The notes beneath the pieces were generated by a model, which was not told the origin of the DNA, did not search any database, and saw only the letters and a list, made by a program, of their open reading frames with translations. A stretch of 64,000 nucleotides of DNA from Dicyema japonicum (taxonomy: Eukaryota; Animalia; Dicyemida), in the NCBI GenBank assembly GCA_011109175.1, contig RDEW01000022.1, positions 163,611 through 227,610 on the forward strand, written 5' to 3'. Positions 53,721 through 64,000 of the stretch are shown here, one piece after another. Position numbers and translations under genes: made by a program. Within the stretch, counting starts at the first letter, position 1. Each line of letters begins with the position of its first letter.

Positions 53721-54962
53721 TCCTTGCCAGGTTTTGATATTGGGCGTATGCGGGAAATTTTCCAAATCGTAGGGATGGAATTCATTTCAAAGAATAGTTG
53801 AAAATAAGGGAGATTACCGCAATAGTAACCGGTCCAAGGTGTTTAAGAAGTATTGAAGGGATGCCATCTGGACCACAAGAGCGGGAGGGATTAATCATCT
53901 TCAAGCCTTCGAATACGTTTGAATGAAAATAAAGGTGATCGGCGGGATTAGGTCTCATCGAATGAAGGTTTTGTGACTTATACCAGTATAATACTTCATT
54001 AGTTTATTTAAGCTGTGTTGGTCTGTCTTTTGTTTCGAGGTGGAGTTTGTAGTTGAAGAAAGAAACAGTTGTTTTTGGATGATAGAGAAATTTTTTGAAT
54101 CGAATGATTATTGGATTATGATCGGAGGATAATCCGTAATGTACTGTCCATGAAATGTTGGATCCAAGAGTAGATGAACAGAAAGTGATGTCGGGGGGAT
54201 GTAGATGAGTCACCTTCTTTGAATGGAGTTCTCGTATGCATAGTGGAGCTGTTGAGGATTGTCATGAAAAAAAGTTGGTTTATTAAAGATAGTCATCTTG
54301 AGTCAGTTGTTTGTGATTTCAACCAGGCAGGGTGCTTTGCATTAAAATCTCCACAAAGTATTAGGTTTACTAGGTTGTTTAGTCTGGATAAGTCCAACAA
54401 GAATCCTTTCGGGCAAGAGGACGGAGATATATGTTGGCAATTTTGAGAGTACTCGATCCGTTTGATATTGAAATTCCGGAGATTTCCGTGGTCCCATCGT
54501 TAGTTAGCGACTTAAGTTCAGCGGATATGTCAGAATAACGGAGGTTCTCTCTGATGATGGTAAGAAGGCTTCCACCGAGGCGGTTCGGGCGATCTAGGCG
54601 GATGCAGTCGAAACCTGGAAAATGAGGAGTAGTCGCGCACTGAGTCAACTTGCTTTCTTGAAGCAGGATCACGTCTATGTTTTGGTTGTTTGTGAAGGAT
54701 CGTAATTCGAGAATTTTACTCTTTATTCCGTTGATGTTAATCTGCAGAATTGAAAGTTGGAGACCAGGGTTGAGCTCGATGTCGCCAGAGAGTAGTAGAA
54801 GGATCCCATTGAGAGTTGAAGGAAGCCGTCCGAAGGAACCAACTTCGGATAGGGGTGAGCAAATGGTCCTTTTCCTAGGTGCATTAGGTGCACCCTGAGC
54901 GCCTCCAGAAACATAATGACTGGTGGACCACATGACGCCACGTTTAAATTATTCATCATTTA

Positions 54963-55041
54963 TTATTATTATTTAATAACTCCGAAAAGGGAACACCAAG
55001 AAAGAAGGAGTAAGCCAACTAATTAAGTGATCCCGGTACGG
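54963..55041 (-). mobile_element. 79-nt LINE 3'-end insertion flanked by a 29-bp direct repeat
   Basis: Matches the 3' end of the 14.5-kb element. Flanks GACGCCACGTTTAAA(T/A)TATTCATCATTTA at 54934-54962 and 55042-55070. Confidence 0.8.
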
Positions 55042-55619
55042 GACGCCACGTTTAAAATATTCATCATTTAAAATTCATAAATAATTTTATTCAAATAATT
55101 ATTTTTGTTAAAAAAAATTCAGATATATTATTTGTCGCGTGGTGCCATTTGGTGGATAGTTTGTCATTGGCTCAAAATTATTTTCTTTCCTTCCGATGGC
55201 GTCACTGGATCCACCTCACTGAGGGGGCACCCAATGCTTGGCCCGCATCAAGAGGATACAACAACGTCGCTAGCTGGTGACAAGTTCTGGAATGCTGGAG
55301 CAAGTCAGGATAGAGGAGTTGGTTAGTTTGGGTACTCTTAGTCTTTGGAAATAATTTTAATTTAATGAATTTTTTAACGAGAACTTCGATTAAAAACGAT
55401 ATGTTTTTGCCGGAATGTCGCAGTGTCCTAACTGTTGGATAATTTCCTGATGGTCCCGGATTCAAATATCGTTGTTATACGTTCCGGCTGAAGGTTCCAC
55501 ACATCTGCTATGCTTTGAATATGACAAGTGAGACCGTTATCAGTGAGCGCTTCATTAAGTAACCGATCGTCTGCTATGGACATGTACGCAACAAAAAAAA
55601 GTTAAAGAACATTCTTGGC

Positions 55620-58600
55620 TCTCTCCTTTTTTTCAACGAATAGTTAGTAGTCCAGTCACATCATTGGACCTGATGTCATATATGGTTGACCCACATATAC
55701 TCAACGACATACACTTAGAGTTTCTGTTCATCATGTTCGAGAGATATTGACAGGTTCCCTGTACTAATTCTCCTTCCATGGTTCAATCATCAAATCCCCA
55801 ACTGAATTATTATATTTATCACGCGGTTAAATAGTTCATGCATCGATGAACAAGCTAAATTAAGTAATCACTTGATTCCAATTCGTTTTAGCAACGCCTT
55901 ATTTTATCCTGTTACAGTCGAACCCCGGGGTGGGGCATCAAAGTGCCCCAAAAAGCGGGGGTGCCCTCCAAAACCGGGGTTTGGTTCAAACTATTGATTT
56001 ATGGTTGATTTAACTTAAATTTTTGTTTACTTTGCGAAAAAGGAACTTCTTCACTTCTTTCAAAGTGTTTATAAAATAAGTTGTGATTTTTTGTTCTATA
56101 GTTTGATAGATTTTTATTCTATGTTTTTTATTCGATTTTTATTAATTAACAAATCATTATTTTTAAAGCATTTTTTTGAAATAATCAGTCAATTTCAAAT
56201 TTTTTTTATTTCTTAGATCTTTTCCAAGTTGAAATCTAAACTCATAATATTTTTGTAATGTCTCAAAAGATGTATTTTGAGCTACATTTTCTAACTTATC
56301 CATCATTTCATAAGTTTCTGATATCGTTGTTTTTCCTCTGTGTCAACTCCATTATAAAACTCGCAACTCTTGACTAGATCTTCGTTTTCTTCAGATATTA
56401 CTTCAGATACTATTTCTTCCAGGAGTTCTTCCCCACAATTTTTATCTTCAACTGATTCTTCTCTATTTTCCTCAATTTTCTTCCAACAATTAATTATTGT
56501 TGTTTCTTTAACTTCCATCCACGCTTTTTTAACAAGTACCATAATCTGTCGCATATCTATATTTTTCAAAGATTTAAGATTAATTGTTGTATCTTCTTCC
56601 AAATTGAGCATAAAGTCCATTAGGAAGTTTGTGTAATGTACTTTAAAACATTTTATTATACCCATGTCTAAAAGTTGAATCAAAGATGTTGTGTTTTTCG
56701 GAAGAAAAAACAATTTAACATTTGAGTATTCCAATAAAGAATGGCATGTAGCATTATCCATTATTAAAAGTATTTTTCTATCTTGTGAGAGAAAGTCGTC
56801 GTTAATCTTTGAAAGCCACATTTTGAAAATTTCTCTATTCATCCAGGAATTTTTTGACGCTGCATATAATATACCGAATTTTTCACAATCAAAATCTATG
56901 TTAAAATATAATTAAGCAAACTTTTCATACAACGTGGTGATTTGTATTTTCCAATAACAAGGGTCTTAATTTATTTCCTGCTGCATTACAGCAAAGGAGA
57001 ACTGTTACTCTTTCTTTACTGAATATTGTACCATGACATGTTTCTATAGATTCGACATAAGATCTTGAAAAAAATTTTTTAACATACAATGATGTTTCAT
57101 CACAGTTAAAAATATTTTCATGACCATAAGTTTTCAACAAATTATCGAATTGAAAAAAAAAATTTGCCAAATTACTTTTATCTGCTGAATTTTTTCACCA
57201 CAAATGGCTTTAAAAACCAGACCATGTCTCTTTTTAAATCTGTCTAACCAACCGTTTGAGGCTTTAAAAGATGTTGAATAATTCAATTTTGTCGATATTT
57301 TTTTCGCGATGGCTTTGATTAAAGTACCCGAAATAGAAAAGGAATCATCCCTCAAACGACGAAAAGCATTAAAAGTTAATTCGTCAAGTTTTTCAAATTG
57401 ATTGACTTCATTAGAAACTGGTTTAACTTCATCTATTTGAACTAATCTTGAAATGACTGATCCGGTATTAATGAAAGAAGAAATGTTTTTTTTGATTCGG
57501 GAAATAGTGCCTTTGCTTATCTTGAATTTTTTTGCAACTTCTCTTTCAGAAGAAGTTTGTAGACACTTTGCAATTTTAATTTTTGTTTCAATAGAAATTT
57601 TGGAAGGCATTACACAAAGACAATTATCACGTGTTCAAAAATAATATTATTCAAAATAATATTATGTAATAAAATATTAAAATAAATTAATAAAGTGCAC
57701 CATACTGGGGTTTTAATAATTTCCAAATTTGGAAATTATTAATGGAAAATGTACTAGAAAATAAAATCGCCCCAAAAAGCCGGGGGTTTTATTGGGGCGG
57801 GGTTCGACTGTATTAATTCTTCTAGATTTTCCGTCTGACCATGTGAAGACGATCGACAGTTAATCTAACTGCATTATCTATTAATAAAGAGAATATGATT
57901 TTTTTATAATAAAATTTTTCAAAATGTGGCCAAGTTACGAGGTGGCCAATTTGCAAGGGTCGAGTGCATTCGTTGTTTTTGTCTTATGTATGGATGACTG
58001 TTACGCCATGATATATTTGACTAACAGGTTTTTTTGGATTTAATTTTAATTTATTTATTTCGTATAAACCGAGAAAAAAGTTAAAAGTAAATAAATATTT
58101 AAGTTGATATCCTAATTTTTATTAAACAACAACATCCACTAAAAAATTTACATGAGATTCCGCGCTGGCGTTTCACCCGAATCTTTTTAGCACTTTTTTC
58201 TGCCTCAGAAAATGGATATGTTGTTAACTGAATTCTTATGAGACCTTAAGAAATGTGGCTGTACTGCGAGCCAATGTTGATCTGTTCATTGGTGCATCTC
58301 AAGACACTTTAGTGACAAATTGATTGACACGACAATTGAGCAGTAGTTTTTCAGGTTGTGCATAATTTTATGTTTCAGTTCAACAAAGAAGAGCCCGCCT
58401 TTACTATGAATACGAACGGAAAGATCTATATGCTGAATAAGAACAAGATTCAGTGCTTTAATCTTCAATAAGCTGATGCAAAACCTAGGTTGCTTTGATA
58501 TTGCTACATTTGAGCGGTTGGCTGATGATTTATTTCAATGGAATGTATCTTGTTTCATACATGCCTGAAATAGCCCAAGTCTTCCTATGTGACAAAACTA

Positions 58601-59100
58601 GTGGGCTGGTCTCATATACTCTATTTTGATTGATTATTAAATGACCGTCTTGACTAAAAATTCTATCCTGATAGAGCAGCTCACTCCTACCCTATTACTC
58701 TAAATGTTCACGGATAACCAAGATTCTAAGGGCTATTTGACAAGAAGCATATTAATTACGTCAGAGATGGAGCTAAGGAATCAAACTTACAGAACATCTC
58801 ATCTCTGGAGTCTTTCTCTTCTGGAGAGTATTTTTTGCATTAAATTTGTAGTCTTGAGTTTTCCTTTGAACTTTTTATAACAGCCATACGATTTCCCAAA
58901 AATGCTTTGTTTGCAAAGATTTACCTATCTATAACCTAATTACTGAGAATTTCATGCAACGTAACCCTGACAGAATCCCACAGATCAAAGCGAATAAAGG
59001 AAAATACTGACTTTAATAGGTTAATAAGACCTTCCAAGGAATCGATGACAGCAACATGGTTGAATATCTTCATGAAATGCCTGAATGACAAATTTTGTAG
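55620..59100 (+). pseudogene. Coatomer beta'-like pseudogene, copy 2, split by the Tigger insertion
   Basis: SALAFHPNL, FNKEEPAFTMNTNGKIY, then MYLVSYMPEIAQVFLCDKTSGLVSYTL (cf. beta'-COP [27 protein letters not shown]), implying a large internal deletion. Confidence 0.65.
55915..57810 (-). mobile_element. pogo/Tigger DNA transposon with frameshifted transposase
   Basis: 13-bp TIRs CAGTCGAACCCCG. TA duplication confirmed by the empty paralogous site CCTGTTATTAATTC near 51393. HTH/CENP-B (FKASNGWLDRFKKRH) and triad NCDET, MDNATCH, QLLD (DD29D) in three frames. Confidence 0.95.
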
Positions 59101-59986
59101 AATTTTCATGATTGTTTGTTGAATACGACGAGTGTTGTGTTCAGAACTTTCTTTTTCAAAGACTCGTTTAAGGTTGATGGTTTAGCAGAGTAGCGATAGT
59201 AAACAAAACCAAAGAAATTATTTTCCACTTGATTTGATTTTTGGATCGACTCAATGATCCATAAATTATCAAAGATTCACTTAAGACTAGATGGTTTCGA
59301 GATTTTATCTCGTTTTTCCCCCCGTATATCCACTGACTGTCCACTGATCAAAACTTATTGAATTACTGCCAATATTTGTTATTTGGTCGAATCTCCTCTT
59401 TCTTAACTGTCAAAAGATATATCTTCCCCAGCAAAAAACTATCTACTTGGAAAAGGATAATTAAGAAAATTGTTATGAACGTATAACAAAAAAAGTTTAA
59501 TTATTTTTATAATAACATCAGATACCACTGTTACAGAAACTAACAAATCACCCGATGCTCATCCCTCGACCTCACACAAGTAAGTATCGGCTGACTGGAT
59601 CCTCTAGTCACGACGGCACGTTCCACGGTTCATGCGCATCATGGATTTTAGAGGTATTACAAACTGGGAATCCCCAGAAGTCCATAGTTCCGTAAATTTG
59701 GATGCTCTGTTTAGGCTAATCTAGATTTCATTCGTCAAGAAATGAATTGGCTTAAGATGCCGCACGAATAAGAAATTAATGATTCAAGGAACGTTTAGAC
59801 TGAAAATTCCACACATCTGCTATGCTTTGAATATGACATGTGAGTTCGTCATCAGTGAGCGCTTCATTAAGTAACTGATCGTTTGCAATGGACTTACACT
59901 CAGCAACAAAAAGAAATTAAAAAACATTTTTGGCTCTCTCCTTTCTTTCAACGAATAGTTAGTAGTTTAGTCATATCATTGGACCT

Positions 59987-60318
59987 AGCCGGGTGGCTTA
60001 GTGGTTAGGTGTCGGGCTTAAGTGGCTTAGGCTACGGGTTCGAATCTCGCTGCTGTTCACCTGGTAGAAGGTTCCACGCATCTACGATGCAGAACTGGTT
60101 TGACGAGTGACGCCGTCATCAGTGAATACTCACTGCGGAACTGGATTTGTCTAGAAAGGACACTCACACAAGAAAAAGAAAAAAAAGTAGTGAAGATCGT
60201 TCCTTGGTTCTACGATTAGTTAAAATTAACTGTTCTTTACTTAAATAAAGTGTGTGTCCTGCCTATGCGGAGCTATAAAATACTATGGCTCTCGTGAAAA
60301 GGCTTTATTATTATTATT
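59987..60318 (+). mobile_element. Full-length tRNA-derived SINE with 9-bp TSD
   Basis: A and B boxes, structured core, (TTA)n tail. TSD ATTGGACCT at 59978-59986 and 60319-60327; the empty site is visible near 50766 and 55662. Confidence 0.9.
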
Positions 60319-60369
60319 ATTGGACCTGATGCCATACATGCTTGACCTGCTTATGGTCAACAACATATA

Positions 60370-61528
60370 TGTTATGTTGTCCAATTAAGTCGCTTCCGAC
60401 TCTTGGAGATCTCATGAACGAGTTTCCTCCATTCTCCCCGGTCCGTTGCAATTTGGAGTATCCTTGATATAGGCATTCCCTCACTCGGCTAGGTCTCTCT
60501 TCCCACTAATGTTGCTCAGTATAATGGTTCCAGTGAATCAGAGCGGACAACATGTCTAAAGAACGCCAATCTGTATTTTACGATTCTTCCTTATAGCGAA
60601 TTGTCCGTCTCCACCCGTTTGAGTACATCGATGTTTGTTATTTTAAAAGTCCAAGGTATTCTTAGTAACCTCCTCCAGCTCCACAGTTCAAAAGCATCAA
60701 TTTTTCGTCTATCCGCCTTTTTCAGTATCCATGATTCTGCGCCGTATAGAAAAAACGGGAACACGACTGCATTAACCAGTCTGCAATTAGTCCTTGAGCA
60801 AATATCTTTGCTTTTCCAAATTCTATTCATCCTCTGGAAGGTGTCTCGTCCCATGGCAATTCGCCACTTGATTTCCAAACCTCCGTCACCATTCCGATTA
60901 ATTAGACATTTCAGAAAGACAGCATTATCGCAACTCTATTTTCTCATTCCCAATTTTTAGATCCATTATTAGCAGTCGTCATAATTTTGGTCTTCTTGAT
61001 GTTTAGCAATAAACCAAAGACGGCGCTCTCTTCTCTTAATCTTAGAATCAACTCCCTGAGGCCATCCTCTGTTTCAGTCAGTAAGGTTGCATCGTCAGCG
61101 CAATTTATTGATGTTCCTGCCTCCAATTTTAATCACGTTATTTGATACAGTATCCAATATAGTCATGATCATTTCGGCATAAATATTGGATAGGATAGGG
61201 AATAATATGAATCCCTGTCTTACTCCTTACCAATTTTGAACCAATCGGTATCTCCATATACTGTTCAAAACATAGCTTCTTGATCCTTATAAAGAGATTT
61301 GATAAGCAATATCAGATGGGAATCCAATTTCTTTTAAGGCAGACCACAGTTTGTCATGTATAACGGAATCAAAAGCTTTCTGATAGTCAATGAAGCACAT
61401 GTATACATTCTTTTGAGATTCATGAGCTTTCTCCATACTCGACTAGACATTTGATATATGGTCACGTGTACCTTGTCCCTTTTGAATCCTGCTTGAACAT
61501 CCGGTAGAATCAGTTCGGCATTTGGCAT
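60370..61528 (-). mobile_element. 5'-truncated RTE (BovB-like) LINE with ~13-bp TSD
   Basis: CFIDYQKAFDSV, GVRQG, CADD and YGAESW. Same family as 9975-10482. Flanks TCAAC(A/G)ACATATA. Confidence 0.9.
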
Positions 61529-62639
61529 TCAACGACATATACTTAGAGGACTATTTCCTACCTTGAATGATATGTGCATGTCAAAAGTTACCCAAAGGAT
61601 CTTTCTTCAAACGGGATAACACCAGTGTTAGTTTTCTAATCGATCGTCCGTCTTCCCAGTTTCTTGTCTGGTGAAAAGAGAGTTGTGAGGGACTTCTTAC
61701 TTTGCGAGAGTGCTCATTATTGTTCATTTTAACAGTGTAGCACTTGTTAATGAACGTGAATCAGACATATGTTCAAAAAAGGCAAGTCACCAACTCAACC
61801 AAAAAGGTAATTAAATTAAAAAAAATATTAATATTTTAATTATTTATTTTGTTGACAGGAATTCAAAAAATAAAATATGGCTAAAAACATTTTTGAAAAA
61901 CAGACAATTAACAAGGTTTCTCAATATTGGTAGCCAATGAGGAGAACAAGGCTAATGAGAAATCCGTAGATTAAGGTCAAAATCCAACAAGATCTTAAAA
62001 TTACAAGAAAACATATTACTACTCCGGTCCGACGTCAATCGTAACATATGTGAGATTGACGCCATGTCCGAACATCATCTGAAAAACTTAATATGCAGAT
62101 TGACTATTTCCATGTTCGTTTGAACCTAACTAACAGGATTCTATATAAAGTAGGAGAGATGAATCAAAATGAAATAAATTGTGGAAAATCAACGATCTGT
62201 TGCTTGGAAGGCTGAAAACCGAATTGAAATCAGCTAGTAAGGAATTGGAGTAGCTGCACGAGCATAAGAATGCATATCAGGTAAACCGAATAATTAACGA
62301 TAACCGAATATTTCTGCTTGCTAGAAAATCAACTATGTGATGTCTAAGAAAAACTGAGATTAAAGTAAACTGGAAATTTAACTAAAAGAAGCCGCCAAAA
62401 ACAACGAGGATCTCGCTTTGATGAAAAAATGCATCAAAGAAGATCAAAGAAAACTCTAAAAATTAACGCTACACATAAGTAGAATGATGGGGGAAAAGAA
62501 ATTGAATATAAACCAGCTCAAAGGGGTCACAACTGATAAAATAGCATCACAGGTAGTTAATTAATCAGGAGAATAGTACGAAATTTAAAAATTGGACGAG
62601 ATTTACAGTTCTTAGAAATTGAGAATTTCAAAATATTTT

Positions 62640-64000
62640 AGCTTCTCAAAAAAACATTGGAAACTGCGAAATGGGAAATCATTTCAACCAAACACTTTAA
62701 TAAAATACTATGCTTCCATAGCACATAAAAGCCACTCCAACAAACGCCAAGTACTCTAAAAGAGAATAAAACCGAAAAGATCATAAGTGTAAACCATATT
62801 AACGGCGAGGACTCAAGTGGGAAATATCAAAGGCCCAAAACTCGAAAGTCCGAGGACCAGACAATATTTCTACAACGGAACTAAAGCATATAGTACCTTT
62901 TGATTTAGATTTAATTGCTTACATATTCACAATATCAATGAATATAACCACTGTTACGGATGTCTGGATAAGATCATACATCAAATGGATCTTGAAGCAA
63001 GGAAAATCTGAAAATGACCCCTCTTCTTACAGACCAATATTCGATCCTATGTTCACTTTCCGAATACTTAAGAGATTAGTTCTTGAAAATACATCCCGCT
63101 CTCTCTTTTCAAAAATAGATTCCGTTCTAAACACTCCACAGCAACTTACCTAATGTCCCTGTGCCAGTTTATTGCGGATGGATTCCACTAAACCACACCA
63201 ACAAACAGTCTTGGTCTCTGTTGATATAAAAAGGCTTTTGACACAGTCTCAAGAAAACTCCTTACTGAAAAATATACGATACATGCATCCAACAAAACAT
63301 AAAACTATGGATTGCCAACTTATTAAGTGGGAGACGTGGACAAGAGATTTGCAATAACATAAAGTCATATCCTGTCTCATACCAAATGGAGTCCCTCGAG
63401 GATCCATACTATCGCCAGCCTTTTCAATCTTTACATAAACGACATGCCACAACCTTAAATGAAAACTGACTAATCCTCTTCTATGCCGGCGATATCATTC
63501 TTTCCTCCATGGACAAAAGCATTCAATCACCGACTCATCCGCTCAACAAATGCTTAACATGCTCAAACAATTGCTCTCGAAGCGGATACTCGACGCATCA
63601 GCAACAAAGCCCTCTGTCACGCTGTTTACCACTTACAAAAGACAGCTCTGTGTCGAACCAAAAATCTTTATGAAGAACCCGGCTATTTTTATTAACAAAA
63701 CACCGAAGATTCTGGGAGTCACCTTTGATCAGGGACTCACCTTTATCCGACATGTTGAAAAGATAGTAACTTCTGCTTTGAGGAAATTGAGAATTTTAAA
63801 AGTGCTCTCAAAAATACTTAGAGACCAAACTGGTGTCCTTGCCACGATTTATGAACAGTTTATCCGACCCACGATGACGTATGTAAGTGCAGATTTCACG
63901 ATCCTCCTCATTGAAACTATCCGAAATTGAGGAAACCGCAATAAAAATAATAGGACCAGATCACAAAATCCAGCCCATTGAAAATCTCTTAATCGAATTA
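62640..64000 (+). mobile_element. Ingi/Vingi-like LINE RT region, same subfamily as 43114-45112
   Basis: SSYRPI, VDIKR, GVPRGSILSP and LGVTFD, with nucleotide similarity to 44280-44900. Confidence 0.85.

Larger units (their letters stand above)
52211..54942 (-). mobile_element. Ingi/Vingi-like LINE, 5'-complete, 3'-truncated, interrupted at 53197-53720
   Basis: Head at 54942. ORF 54379-54933 runs from the head ATG through LLLLSGDIELNPGL into EN (QINING, LQESKL). RT motifs DLRKAFDSV and GVPQGSPL. Confidence 0.9.

Overview
AT-rich eukaryotic DNA using the standard genetic code, with a scaffold gap at 27781-28766 and several single-N joins. Most of the window is decayed mobile DNA: many Ingi/Vingi-like LINEs carrying an N-terminal 2A-like (StopGo) peptide, RTE-clade LINEs, a CRE-like RT, tRNA-headed SINEs, and a pogo/Tigger transposon with TIRs and a TA duplication. 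Host genes are hidden from the ORF track by tiny introns (21-35 nt). They are an HSBP1 homolog with a 51-nt AT-AC U12-type intron, two apparently intact LAMP-like membrane glycoprotein genes plus broken paralogs, and decayed beta'-COP-like and proteasome-subunit-like sequences. About 14.8-23.9 kb is repeated in inverted orientation at about 29.8-37.5 kb. The most interesting signal is a ~60-80 nt RNA motif with covarying stems and HDV-ribozyme-like topology at the 5' ends of the 2A-LINEs and in solo copies. One copy keeps the canonical HDV catalytic hallmarks; the others keep the fold but replace the core. All calls are by eye, without database searches. The tiny introns suggest a reduced-intron lineage (e.g. 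a dicyemid- or myxozoan-like parasite), which is inference only.
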